Shown: one piece after another, positions 1-13,712 of the stretch
Layout: every line of letters begins with the position of its first letter
How positions within the stretch are numbered: position 1 is the first letter of the stretch
NCBI GenBank assembly: GCA_964016885.1
Contig: OZ024742.1
Location: 188,666,001-188,730,000, forward strand
DNA: 64,000 bases
From: Eledone cirrhosa
Taxonomy: Eukaryota
Direction: 5' to 3'
Notes under the pieces: generated by a model
What the model was told of the DNA's origin: nothing
Databases searched by the model: none
What the model saw: the letters and a program-made list of their open reading frames with translations, nothing else
Translations under genes and position numbers: made by a program

Positions 1-240
1 ACTACTACTACCACCACCACCACCACTAGTGTTGCTGATAATACTACTGCTGCTATTGCTCCTTTTGCTAATAAGGGTATTAGTATTATTAGTAGTAGTC
101 ACATTACTGTTGCTGCTGTTACTACTACTACCAATCATATTACTGATGCTGCTGATGATGATGATTACAATAATGTACTCACTGCTGCTGCTACTACTAC
201 TGCTGCTTTTGATGGTGGTGTCGACGATGACAATAATAAT
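1..240. repeat. Degenerate trinucleotide low-complexity tract (ACT/GCT/ATG)
   Basis: Runs of actact, ctgctg and atgatg; the poly-Leu ORF 29..274 is a by-product. Confidence 0.85.
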
Positions 241-418
241 TGTTTCTACATTTGGCATAAGGCTAACAGTTTAGAAGGGTAGGGAAAAGTCGATTAAATC
301 CACCCCGCTGCTTTATCGGTACTTTATTTTAACGACCTCGTAAGGATAAAAGGTAAACATGACCTTGGAGGGATTTGAACTCAGACCGTGTAGCATGGTG
401 TCCGACGCTCTACTGCAC
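241..418 (-). mobile_element. tRNA-derived SINE, family A, diverged
   Basis: Reverse-strand B-box (gggatttgaactc) and body matching the copies at 17698-17886 and 31156-31345. Confidence 0.8.
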
Positions 419-1399
419 AAGTGAGGTGAGAGTCAATTATGTCGACATCGGCACGGCTGTTATTCTATTTCCTTGACCCCGGAGAGTGAAATCAGAGTTG
501 CCAATCATAGCATATACCTGGTCCACATCGGTGATACCATTCAAAATTCACTTACGATGGGTGTTTTCAGCAGATGGACTTTCTAACAGGTGAGATGTGT
601 CCCCTTCCCGAGAAATACATGTATCAACATGGCTAGTGTTTCCATGGACAAGACACGGCGACCAGGTGTAATATGTTAAAGATTTGGAGCATAGGAGTTT
701 GGGACATAGGATTATATCATATGGCCACACGTAAAGAAACCGGACTTTCTGTCTTTCTTTATATCTTATTTTTCTCCATTTACGATGGGATATAGCAGCG
801 GGATATCTTTTACCTGAAAACCTAATTTCTCTTCTTTGATTTGCCCCTAACTCTGTGTTCCTCATCTGACCTTACTTCGCTGGAAATTTTACAGCGATTC
901 TAAGCACTAACAGCAGTAACATTGTTTTTGAATGTGTCCAGTGTATTCCATTGATCCATTGCGACACGAGCTTATAGAAAATCGTGTGGTTAACCTATTG
1001 GGCCTGATTTCTTATTTCTCCTTAACGAGCGTACACGTGTGATCATATTCTCCACGCTGGTTACAACGAATTGAACATTTAGTACTAATAAAGTTGTATA
1101 CATTTGACTAAAGCATAGCACAATAACATCTTATGGTAACACCCAGAGCTGGTTAACTGAAGGCTATCGATGTATTGACTGGGTCGTTAATGTATAATTT
1201 ATGTTGGATCATTTCGCCCCGAATTCGAATCCTGTTGATAAATATATTGGTGATCTTACAGAAGTCTAAAATAATCGGATGTCGTGCTCTGTGGTATCTG
1301 TTTTGGGTATGTGCGTTCTGAGTTTAAATCCCGTCTAACGTTATCGGGAAAATGAAAAAGGTTCTGCCAAGTGTTGATCCTATCAGCAATAAGGATACC

Positions 1400-1885
1400 A
1401 GTTTCTTTTCTACGGTTTGAAGATCGACTCTTTCAATTCGGTAATCGTGTCAATCCTTACCTATGGTAATGAATCTTGGGCTATGGCGGAAAGAATGCGA
1501 TCGCGAATACAGCCGGTCGAAATGGGATTCCTCCGAAGGGTCTTTGGAGTAACGTTATTCGATAGAGTGCGTAGCTTGGAGATCAGAGATCAGAGATCAG
1601 AGATCAGAGTAACGGTAGTGCCGTTACTTGTCCGAATTGAAAGATCACTGTTACTATACAATGGGCATGTGGTTAGTATCGCTGGACAGATTTTACGGGC
1701 AAATCAAACCAGCAAGAGACCCGGAGATAGACCCTGCGCAAGATGGTTGAATAACATTCATGAGTTTGGGTGGTCTGGCTTTGTGATCCAGCCGGATCTG
1801 TTGAAAACGGATGCCACATACGGAACCCGCTGGAAGGAATATTTGATGTCTCTGCTCCCTCGATCACCCACTCAAGAATAAGTGG
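1400..1885 (+). mobile_element. 3' fragment of RTE-clade LINE (C-terminus of ORF)
   Basis: ORF 1417..1881 reads LTYGNESW..RSRIQPVEMGFLRRV.G.TL.DRVRS..PLLVRIERS..GHV..RPGDRPCARW, typical of the RTE C-terminal region; contains a (GAGATCA)n expansion at about 1579-1609. Confidence 0.8.
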
Positions 1886-3515
1886 GAGAAGAAGAAAAGG
1901 AGACAAACTTCCATATTTTCCTATAACAAACAATAATGCTAAAACACGTCATGTTTGTAATATTTGACAAGGCTGTTGTATCTAGTTGACACCTAGTTAG
2001 TTACTAAAGTATTTTTTCTTCTTTCCATTTCGTTGAGCCAGACAGGGTGTTGAGCAGATAATGGCAAACTCGTTATTTCCATAGAAACATACCAAAACTC
2101 CTGTTGTGGAATTGTAATTAATTAGGTACTATGACCTTTTAAAAGCCAAGAGAACGATATTCTATCACCCAGGTAATTATAAAACCATTAATATTCCTGT
2201 AGCGTCATATTATTGTCGTACTTTATAACATACAAATACATCGAAACATTATATTTATTATTATATTTTATATCTCCCACTAATATCATACACTACACTA
2301 TTCATATATTGATTAGCTAACCAACGTTTAATCTCACGAGAGATGGATTGATACATTTGATACATTTGTGATCTGACATTGCAGGTTTATAGCAAATTAT
2401 CAACAAAGATCATAGCAACAAAGAAAAATGTCGTTATTTTTGCTGTTCTGTTATAACCTCAGGTCAGCCCTGATGGAGCAAGCTAATGATGAAGGGCATA
2501 TTAGTCATTGTCATCCCTATCATGACTTATTTTAGAGGTATGTGGGTTTGTATTACGCAACATTTTCTTTGTTCGTTTCATCATCTAAGTCAGTAGGCAC
2601 ATTTCTCTTCTAATTTCCTTCAATAAACGGATGATTGCTTTTTGTCTTTTGCCCGTCAATGAAGTCCATAACGTTGGCTATTTCATCAGTCTAGTTTTGT
2701 GTGTTCACAAACGACAAGTGAGTTTGAGTATGATCTGATATAAATAGTACATATAAGGTACATATGTTCTCTAGCTTCATTTGAAGTACCAGCTGACCAA
2801 GCATTGTGAGGCTCGGGTTTGGTTTCAGCTGTCTGAATGTAGGTCCCTTGCTAGGATTACGGAGAGTTTGCCACTGATTTAATGTCAGTAATTTCACTGT
2901 TACCCTCAAACAATAAAAATTCACCGGACAATGTGTTTGCTGCATTAATTCACAAACGTACTAAAAACACCTCTTCTGTGGTGATTGTGCTAGAGGGAAT
3001 AGAAGAGCTGGAGATCAGAAAGGAAAAGAAAACGTTATTATAAAGATAGGATTTTTTAGTGAGGCCATGTTATAACATTTAAATACACAACAAATATTTT
3101 CTTTTTAAAGTTTTTTATTTGAAAGAAGTGAGGTTAACACACAATTTGATAACACATTTTAAGCAAAATTTCCAGCGTTTCTGCTATTGTAAGTTACAAT
3201 GTATCAGCAGGCGTAAACATTTTCAGTATCTTACCAAGACCAAGTACGAAACAAAACAAATAATCACTATTGTGTAGCTTGTAAATATAGATTCGATCGT
3301 CACAACTTTAGACTGGTTATAAAATAAACTTACGTTTTCTAATGAAGTTGTTTAGATAAGAAATATGCGAATTTCTATCATGAGATTCTGAAATCAATAA
3401 CATTTTATAATTGTTAAGAAATATGTGTCTGTTTTTTTTATTCTTCATATTTAATAAATATTAACTTATTTCCCACCGGAAGCTATATCTCGTATATCTG
3501 GGAACGTCACATATA

Positions 3516-3669
<154 letters not shown>

Positions 3670-4381
3670 GAGAGAGAATAAGAAAATGCGACGTAGTTGC
3701 AGATGTTAGATCATAGACAGCTTCATTACATAATAAGTTTACGTTCTCGAGGCAATCCAAATTAAAACGACAAGGGAACGGACTAAGCTGATGTTTTTGA
3801 AGCCTTCGCCCGTTACATTTCATATATATATATACGTAGTAAACGCAACCTGGCCGAATAGGTAAGAAGTTTGATCTGTAGTCATTAAGTCCAGCTTCGA
3901 TCCCAATGTGTGGCTTCATGTATTAATACTAATAAACTCGGTTCAACCCCAGACTTGTACGTCGAATTATTTCGGCGGAAACTGTTTAGAAGCTCGTATG
4001 AATAACCCTATTTGTAATTCTAGGAAGGAGCCAACCTTATCACACATTGTGGTACACTGATTCGGCTTAAGGGAAAACGTGCCTGTGGAGAGCTCAAACA
4101 ATTTTAATAAAATAGAAGATAAACCGTAACTCTAATTAAAAGCGTCCGTCTTTCTACACACTATGTCAACCTGATTCGGCTTTGTAACTACGTTAACGGC
4201 ATATGTGTCTGACATGCTTATTTTCTGTTTAGAAAATGCTGATGACGTGCGTTTTTATGCAATCTTACATTAATAAATTATTCCTATACCACGCTTAGAT
4301 ATCGAGAGCCAATGTAATTTACGATAACCTCTCAATTAATTGGAATTGATTTTTAACACAATCAATATAAATTACCACTAA

Positions 4382-4419
4382 TGTACTACTACTGCTGCTG
4401 CCACTACTGCTGCTGCAGT

Positions 4420-4482
<63 letters not shown>
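4382..4482. repeat. (ACT)n microsatellite
   Basis: Direct reading. Confidence 0.95.
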
Positions 4483-5488
4483 ATATAAAAATAATATTGA
4501 TTTCTATTTAAGCTCAAGTCTAGCAATTTTCGAGAAACAAAATGTCGATTAAATCAGCTCAGTATTTGATTGACTAATTTTTATCAACCTGTAGAATGCT
4601 CAGTTATATACACGTTAATTGAATGGGTAAGAGGTTCGGGTAATTGAACAAATAAATTCTCATCGCCTAAACCGACGAATAAACTATCATGCCGTATAGC
4701 ATATTATACAATGTAGCTTGAGCCATGTACTCTCAAAGGAAAGTGCATAGCTAGTCTAATCTCCGAATTACATAATTAGTCAAAATATTTCATCTGATCT
4801 GTTTATGTTTTTATATATTTATTAGCAATAAAATAAAAATTCACCTGAAGTTATTTAGGTCCTTAAATTCTAATGGAGTTAAGAAATCCTATTTTGAAAA
4901 CTGGTGTGACTTAAGTATTTTATACCTGGCAGAGCTAATCCCTTTACATGTCTGAACACGTCCGATATCTTCCAAGGGAAGAGAGATAGAAGGGCAATCC
5001 ACAACAATACTGGTCTGGAATTTATTTATCAATATCGAAAGGATGTCGATAAAGAATTCGGCCTTGGAGTGATTCGAATTTAGAGTGCTGTGAGCTGAAA
5101 TATAGCGAGTCATTTTTAAACAGACGCCCTAATAACTGACAATTCGCCGAATACTTGTCTCTAACAACACAATAGCTTTAGAACTATCATAGAAATACAC
5201 CTGTCACTAGCAACACCATATCAATACAACTATCATTAACAACAATAATCATTCACCTGCTGTTAATAAGACAATAGCCATCCCACTTTTGTTAATAACA
5301 TAGTGGCAATTCACCTGTCTAGAGATCAACAGGGTGGATTATGTAGTGCATGACACTGATCCCATTTAAGCATCCAATTGATACGATATTTAAAGAATAG
5401 ATACCGAATTCTTTTAAATCGCCATTCTTCTTTTGCTTACAATATTCAAAGATAACACTATTTTACTTTCAGGCTTCAAATCATTGAA

Positions 5489-5533
<45 letters not shown>

Positions 5534-5538
5534 ATATG

Positions 5539-5639
<101 letters not shown>

Positions 5640-5883
5640 GTGTGTGTATATATATATGTATATATATATATATAAGTATATATATATATATGTGAATGAA
5701 AAATGGCGTGCTGCGTTGTTGAGAATATGAACATATGAATGAAAATAGACCGAGAAACAGGAATGTCCATCATCAGTAGTCTGGTATTTCTTCGCATTAA
5801 AGACTAGATACCTAAAATCAGTGCGAGCGATAATTAAATTAAGTTATTGGGACAGAGGAAATTAAGTATATATATATATATAT

Positions 5884-6535
5884 ATACAAATGAATATATT
5901 TGAGGGATGAACGCCGATACAAATATATATGTGTTCGAATTGCAAATGACCAAGTTAGCTAGGTTGAAAAATATTAATTTAAAATAATATGGTTTGCCTG
6001 TCTCGATTTAAAGTAATAAATCAATAAAAATAACAAACCTATATTGGCATGGAAAGATTCTAAATCTGTTTCGCAATAATTATTAAGTGAAAGTCACTAT
6101 CCCTGTGCTCTTCTGCGGGTATCCAGGAAATTCATACCTTTCACTTCAAAAGATTTAAGAAGACTGAGAACTATGTGTTGTTGAACGCACATGTCACAGC
6201 GCCTTACTCCTCTCATACTCGTGCCGCTAAAATAGCACCTGGTTTTATGGGACTAAAATTAGCTCTACGTGTGGAGCCGAGAATACCAATTTAAAATAAT
6301 ATGCTTTGCCTGTCTCGATTTAAAGTAATACATCAATAAAAATAACAAACCTATATTGGCATTATTTTAAATTAGTATTTTTCAATCTAGGTAATTTGGT
6401 CATTTGCAATTCGAACACATGTATACTTGTATCGGTGTTCATCCTTCTCATATATTCATTTGTATTACACGGCTCGGAAATATCCCTTCTTTGAGCTATT
6501 TAATTTTAAAAGTTTATAACTCAATATATGATATA
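5884..6535. mobile_element. Non-coding pLTR-like fold-back element
   Basis: About 105-bp inverted arms 5884-5988 / 6361-6465; internal direct repeat about 5976-6048 / 6288-6360; degenerate hammerhead-like core on - strand 6066-6115; (TA)n on both sides. Confidence 0.65.
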
Positions 6536-7164
6536 TGTATACATATATATATATATATGTGTATATATATATGTATATATGTATATATATGTATATATTT
6601 ATATATATATATATGTGTTTGTGTGTGTGTGTAGACGTGCAAGTCACTGAAGCAAGCGCGACAGGTGGAAAGAAACAAGGGGAGAAAATATATTTTAATG
6701 TATAAACGGAATGTTTATTTTTTTCATTGAAATTTTATAACCGTGTAAAATCGACAATAATTTATTATATTTACTACTACAAATAATAAATTTCACAAGA
6801 AAAGAGTCTCCAGTTATGAATATTTATGACTCATTATCATTATTTCTTCAAATAATAACAGGCCGTTTCCTAATCCAACCATTCTTCATAGCGTTGTCTT
6901 ATGGTGTATTGAAGAAAGCGAGAAAGAATTAGCATAATATTCAAGAATTCGTTGTTGTTGTTGTTGCCGTTGTTGTTGTTATTGTTGTTGTTGTCATCGA
7001 TATCGCTGCTACTGGTGTCAGTCATTAGAGGATCTTGTGAAGTAATATAAATATATTGATTTCAGGTTAAATTTATGGCACATTACTATGTGTTGTTTCA
7101 TTGCAATATTTGTTAAATTTTAAAGAGAATATAGCAAATAATAATAATAATAATAATAATAAAA

Positions 7165-7450
7165 ATTTCTTCATAATTAGTCACAAGGGCCGAACGTAGA
7201 GGACAAAACAAAACAAAAACGGGGACAGTGGGATTTATATAAAATTGTATAAAAAGTGATAACAAAAACAATTTACCAAAAAAATATTACCAACAGAATT
7301 CCCCAATACAGAGGGCGGGGGAGAAATTCCAGGGGTGACACAAGTACCCCACCAATCTTGAACCACCTGCTTCTCCGAGTGCACCTGGGGAGAGTATCCA
7401 TCTCCTCTACAAATCCAGTAGTCAACAGGCGCAAGGAAGCAATACTATAG
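7165..7450 (-). mobile_element. Diverged 3' end of Tx1-like LINE
   Basis: 3' UTR resembles 62761-62830 (tttctt..att.g.cac.aggg...gggaca); abuts an (AAT)n tract. Confidence 0.35.
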
Positions 7451-8191
7451 AAAAGGAGAAGTATTATATAATATTATATCATATTATATTATATTGTATT
7501 ATATCATGTCATATATCATTGCTACGACAACAGACACACACACATATATATATATACAGAAATAACTGATATCCAAAGCCCTCAGCTGACACATTTGACT
7601 CCAGTTCAAATATATTCAAGTGACTTTGTTAGAAAACAATATATATACTTATATAATATTAGTCGTATTTAATAATTAATAGCTATAAGTTTTCGTTGAG
7701 AATTCAGGGTGCCTTGAACACAAGGAAAATAAATATAGATTAATGGCGAAGCCAATATAAAGGGTTTTGACTGTATCTTTATGATTATATGATAGTTTCA
7801 TACATTAAAATCTTCCCATTTTATATATAAAGAAATATATTTTGAGATGAAATAAAAATCAATAGAAATCACTGTTTTGAACATATATAATCTAATGTCA
7901 TTAAAATCTCATAGTGAAATAAATGAAAAATCTATTCATAAGGTGAGCAGTAATTATAACGGTTGCTGTGCTTCATCGTGGCAACAAACACAGTTAGTTA
8001 AATGTTCTGGGGAAAGAGAATGAAATACTGAATTGATGAAGGGGAAAGAATAATATAAATATGAGCAAACATTAATTATATATATATAATTTAAAGAGCT
8101 CAGGATTCCTTTTCCTTTGAGCACATGGCTTGCAGGGAATAAGGAGAGTCTATGGCTCCGTTAATTTATCTTGATACATATATATATAATA

Positions 8192-9212
8192 ACGAGTTGA
8201 CGGACCCAGCATATTTATCAATGCCAGGACCGGTTGTATCTCAGCATACTCAATGGGCAATGTAAGATACATTCCCAGAGTATACACATAGTTATTTGCT
8301 TCAATACAACACACGTAAAACAGGTGCCTATAATATTTCCCGGACTCGAGTTTCGGCCACACCTAATGCAGCAGTAAGGTGAACTGCACCCTCTGTTTGC
8401 ATATATTATGCAACAATGCAAAATCGGCGTATGTGGCATCATCAGCGGGTACCGCCTGATCAATAACCGATCGATCGACAGAATCCAAACCCCAGCCGAT
8501 GCCGGTCATGACTGTTTGTGATAACCGACACGGTAAAGTAATTAACAACTGGCAGCCGATACAACTCTATCTCTCGACTAGCCACCAATTTAAAAACTTT
8601 GCGTGGTGGGGGGAGAATAGAAAACAAATCTTTTCGATCCCGTCAATAGCATTCAGCCAACGTGTCTCACACACAAATTATTTAGAGGTGAAAGGATGGT
8701 TATTAGAAATAGCAGTCCCATATCGATGTATAATAGAATGTTAGCATTCGGCTCATGTCTCCAATACCCATGGCTAGAGTCAAGCGATAGTAACAATGGT
8801 AGTGCCAAGAACCTTTAACGGGCTTTAAATGCCATTATCTAATATAGAGCGATATATAGTAGCGAGCTGAAATGTGTCAGCCGCGTGCGTAAAACCAGTC
8901 TATTTCACAACTTAAAAGAGTGAGAGATAAAATTAATAGCAGGAAATTAGAGCGCATATCAAAACAAAAACAAACAAAAAAAGTGAAAAATTGTTTAACT
9001 TACTCTCATTAGTCCGCTAGTTGGGAGATAATAATAATAAGGAGTTGACGGACCCAGCATATTTATCAATGCCAGGACCGGTTGTATCTCAGCGTACTCC
9101 ATGGGCAATGTAAGATACATTCCCAGAGTATACACATAATTATTAGCTTCAATACAACACACGTAAAACGGGTGCCTATAATAGTTCGCGGATTCGAGTT
9201 TCGGCCACACTT
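8192..9212 (-). mobile_element. Non-coding PLE-derived element with direct partial-tandem pLTRs (retrozyme-like)
   Basis: About 170-bp direct repeats 8194-8361 / 9042-9210; intact hammerhead in the longer copy; TA-rich tracts at both ends; no ORF. Confidence 0.75.
8339..8449 (-). ncRNA. Minimal type I hammerhead ribozyme
   Basis: cccg-CTGATGA-tgccaca...tgtggc-CGAAAC-TCGA-GTC^cggg: 4-bp stem I, 6-bp base of a long stem II, palindromic stem III, GUC cleavage triplet. Confidence 0.85.
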
Positions 9213-9226
9213 AATATATATATATG

Positions 9227-9320
<94 letters not shown>

Positions 9321-9349
9321 ATGTGTGTGTATAATATATATATATATAT

Positions 9350-9510
9350 CCTTATGTGATTGACGGCTGAGAGAAAGGAGTAATCAATGCCGACGTAGAG
9401 TTTAATATTTATTTCATTAAGGCTGTTTATAGCAGGATCCTCAGACAAGAAATCGATTACACCGTGATAAGCAGGCGAAACTCCAAAGATACAAGGTTCA
9501 ATATGTTGAC
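9350..9510. mobile_element. pLTR-like fragment; related copy at 17388-17520
   Basis: Shared ttgacggctgagagaaa.gagta..caat.ccga.gtag...ttaatatt and ggcgaaact; both copies sit beside (TA)n. Confidence 0.6.
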
Positions 9511-9519
9511 TTAATATAT

Positions 9520-9790
9520 ATAATAAAATAACAGAATAAAGTCTAAACAAAGAATTGCTGCTTTCACCCTTAACGGGATCTTCTGAAAATAAAAAAATGA
9601 ATCAGTTAAAGCAGAAGTAAATATTTCGAAAAACGTTGCAACCGAAGGAAAACAGGAAAACAGGAAGACGATACTTTGGTTCGTGAAGACGTTCCCTGGC
9701 AATGAACGAAAAGAACGAAGATAATACGTCGTTGTGTGGACCGTTGAGAACAATTAAAAGCAATGACAAATCCACGTATATGGTATAAAT
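9520..9790. mobile_element. pLTR-like dispersed repeat; copies at 25961-26461, 48275-48392 and 60940-61040
   Basis: Shared ctgctttcacccttaacgggatcttctgaaa and caggaagacgatactttggttcgtg. Confidence 0.75.
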
Positions 9791-9805
9791 GAAGTCACAT
9801 ATATA

Positions 9806-9925
9806 TATTTAATATAGAAGTGGGTTTTACAGGATTAGAGCTGTTTCATTCGAAGAAAATCATCAAGAAAGCCTTCGAATGAAACAGTTCTAGTTCTGTA
9901 GAAGCCATTTCTATGTTAAATATTT
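9806..9925. repeat. Short fold-back with about 48-bp arms
   Basis: tttaatatagaagtggg...cattcgaag pairs with cttcgaatg...ctatgttaaa. Confidence 0.8.
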
Positions 9926-9988
9926 ATACTCTGCTATGTACCTTACTTACTGTGGTTAGGTTTTTTATATGAAATCGTGTCGAAACAA

Positions 9989-11106
9989 ATATTGTTATAC
10001 TTGGGGAGGGTCATATTTATGTAATATTGCCAGAATTAATAACAGAACACACTCACTGTTCGGTTGGTTTTCGCTTTTCGCTTCTGTGTCTTTTATATCG
10101 GTAATCTAATTTATTCGGTCCTCAATGTTGCCATTGACTGACCAACGGTAAACAAAAATACATATACAATATAGATACAAACACATATATCTAGTTTATC
10201 AAAGTTCTTTCGTTGCACATCTACAACATCGTCAGTGGTGCTATTGTTTCCTCCCGTTAAATTGTATGTCTACGCCATTTTTATTTAGTCTGTCTATATA
10301 TTTATTTATTTATTTGTTTGTTTGTTTATTTTATTTTGTCTTCTTTGCGCATCCGTTTGCGTGTGTGTATAGTGTTTTGTTTGATGTGTGTTCGTGATTG
10401 GGTGACTAGTGTGTGTTTATATGTGTTTGTTGTTATTGTGCTTGTCTATGTATTTATTTATTTATTTATCTATTTATTTATTTATTTATACTTCTCTTAG
10501 GTCAGTGTTGTTTGTTTGGGTGTTGTTATTATTCCATTCATTTGGAATAACAATGAATGGAATAACAACAACACCCAAACAAACAACACTGACCTAAGAG
10601 AAGTATAAATAAATAAATAAATAAATAAATAAATAGATAAATAAATAAATAAATACATACACAAGCATAATAACAACAAACACATATAAACACACTAGTC
10701 ACCCAATCACGAACACACATCAAACAAAACACTATACACACACGCAAACGCATGCGCAAAGAAGACAAAATAAAATAAACAAACAAACAAATAAATAAAT
10801 AAATATATAGACAGACTAATTAAAAATGGCGTAGACATACAATGTAACGGGAGGAAACAATAGCACCACTGACGATGTTGTAGATGTGCAACGAAAGAAC
10901 TTTGATAAACTAGATATATGTGTTTGTGTCTATATTGTATATGTATTTTTGTTTACCGTTGGTCAGTCAATGGCAACATTGAGGACCGAATAAATTAGAT
11001 TACCGATATAAAAGACACAGAAGCGAAAGCGAAAACCAACCAAACAGTGAGTGTGTTCTGTTATTAATTCTGGCAATATTACACAAATATGACCCTCCCC
11101 AAGTAT

Positions 11107-11114
<8 letters not shown>
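9989..11114. repeat. About 1.1-kb near-perfect palindrome (about 555-bp arms, 9-nt loop) carrying mirrored minimal hammerheads
   Basis: Arms 9989-10542 / 10552-11114 are reverse complements with few mismatches; CTGACGA-tgttgtagatgtgcaa-CGAAAGAACTT at 10869-10902 (+) is mirrored at about 10202-10235 (-). Confidence 0.92.
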
Positions 11115-11179
<65 letters not shown>

Positions 11180-12104
11180 GCAGCTCTGAGTAAAAGAGAA
11201 TAATTTTTGAAATGCATTTTTATGAAACAATACCTTATTTTATGAGAACTTATTTAATTTCTTTTGAGGCTCACCCAACGGAAATTTGCTACTTTTCTAT
11301 GACATTCAGACACGAGGTTTTCTTGCATGTTTTACTGTTAGGTGTCATTATTTCATCTTGCCACCATAGGATGAAATTTAAACTCAGAACGCACAGATAT
11401 GCGACAGATACTCCAAGGTATTCCACTCGGAGATCTCACAATGTCACCAATCTATCGCCCTGGGTTGGTGTATCACTTATCTTCTTCGAGGTGATCGAAG
11501 GTTAATTTGACCGCCGTGGGAACACATACTGCAAGCATTTTCTCTTCCACTTTAACATTTCTACCAATAGCATTTTAATGATAGTTGCTTGCCTCATAAG
11601 CAATTATTTATTTAAATCAACTATTTTAGACTTGGTTTCAAACCCTTGAATTTTAGTTTTCATAAACAATAATTAAAAACGAATTATTTATGTAGATAAT
11701 CGTAACCATAGAAACGTCTCTCAAGAATATAGATATTATAATGTCTATGTAAAAGAGAGAAAAAAATGCAACCTACTGATATATTTGACTTTCTTAATTT
11801 TGATTTATATGGAAGCAGCTGAAATCAATATTGATAATTGAAATTTCCATTTAATTTAATATTGGTTTATCAATAATGCACAGAGTGAACGTCTGAAGAA
11901 CCTGAGGTAGAATAGTTTGAAATTCTACTAGTATATTACTTCTATTTACTATATTAACACCAGCTTAATGTTTCCTAATTTAGACACAAGACCTATCTAT
12001 ATATGAAACACACATTTGAATTTTGAAGATCAACACAATGCGCATTGGGTTGGTCTTCAAAATTTAAATTTGTGTTTCCTATTAAATAAATCTTCAAGCA
12101 AGCT

Positions 12105-12139
<35 letters not shown>

Positions 12140-12140
<1 letters not shown>

Positions 12141-12320
12141 ATGGGGTTAAGAGAGATACATTAAATAAATCGACCCCAGTGTTTTACAAGTAGTTTATTT
12201 TATCGATCCCGGAATGATAAAAAACATTTTATTTCGTCAAGATTGGAAACTGAGAATCCAAAGATCACCATGTAATACTTCGAAGCATTTGCGAGATGCT
12301 CTAACGTTCCTTTCAATCAG
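12140..12320 (-). mobile_element. Degenerate SINE, family A
   Basis: tcgaccccagt...tttattttatcgatcccggaatgataaa matches the family body. Confidence 0.55.
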
Positions 12321-13277
12321 CCACAACAAATTAAGGGGAGTTAATCATTCAACCATCGGTGTTTCGATGTCACAACGTAATAAAGCTGAACTTAACAATA
12401 CAGTTTGCTTTTATTTAGCGATACCACTAACACAGACTGAACCAGAATAATGGGGCATATGAACCTATATACGATATATTTATCTATAATTGCTTCATAT
12501 TTAGGCGCACCACTAACATTTCGGAGAAAGGAATAAATTTAATGAGACTATATTTCATTGTACTTGTATGGTATTTTTTTTTTTTCTTTATCGGCTTCAA
12601 AACGATTAGAAGGAAAGTTGATTTCAATGGGTTTTACACGCAGAGCACGGAGAACCGGAACGGATAACACAAATAATTCTATACAACGTTCTAATGTCTT
12701 TTCCAATATGCTGCATTTAGCTGTGACATATTTGCAACTGAAACACTCTGAATAAGACTAAAAGTATGTCACTAACCCGTCACCATATCCTGTGTGGATC
12801 CATATCTGCACATATTGTGAATATAATTCCTATGGTGCCTCTATTATTTCGAGAGCTTCCAAAGTCTTGGGTTATAAAAGAATATTGACGTATGCAGGAA
12901 ATGTTTATATAGGGAATTATGCTATAGAAGAATGCAGACAAGATAAATGAAAGTATTCACTTTCTGTGCCACTTAACTGAAACTTTATATTACAATAGAC
13001 TTCGCTATTTTCATTGATCTCGTTGGGGTGTTGATTTAAACAAATACAACCACTTTGAATTTATTTGACTAAATCACGTTCCTAAAAATAGTCTTTGGAC
13101 TAGCATCATGCAATCAATATATTTGTGAATGCAAAACATAGCGTGTCTCTTCACTTTATTTTTACAGTATACACGTCATTAAAGTGAGGTGGTTTGTTTA
13201 GTGTTTAAGGTAATTAACAGTTTTACTCAACGTTGTTAACTATACGTAACTTGAGGGTGTTATATATATATATATAT

Positions 13278-13425
13278 AAAATGAGGGAAGTGTGGTAAGG
13301 AAGCAGATGGACCATAACGCAGCAGAGTACTCAATACTTAGGGTAGTAGAGTGGGTAATAGGAAAATGCCCAGAAATAGCTGTCGAAACGGCTTGAGCTC
13401 TGCCGTTGGGGTTAAACATTTCCCT
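13278..13425. mobile_element. Short inverted pLTR-like element; same family as 37110-37352
   Basis: 13280-13364 is the reverse complement of 37266-37350; 13370-13408 is a direct match to 37215-37252; (TA)n on both sides. Confidence 0.75.
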
Positions 13426-13619
13426 ATATATATATATATATATATTTATAAAGATGAGAAACTAATATATATATATCAGTTTCTCATCTTTCGTTTTGTT
13501 TCTAGTATGCTTTCTGATGAAAGATTAGCTTTCAACACATGAAAATCTTTCTTTTAAGCGCTACTATAAAATACCAATATTTTATTGTGTTGCTCTGTGG
13601 TATATTTAGCTTTTTCCAC

Positions 13620-13712
<93 letters not shown>

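Noticed and set aside
548-865. 105-aa ORF in unique sequence
   Set aside because: No recognisable motif or convincing splice signals; cannot be supported without a homology search
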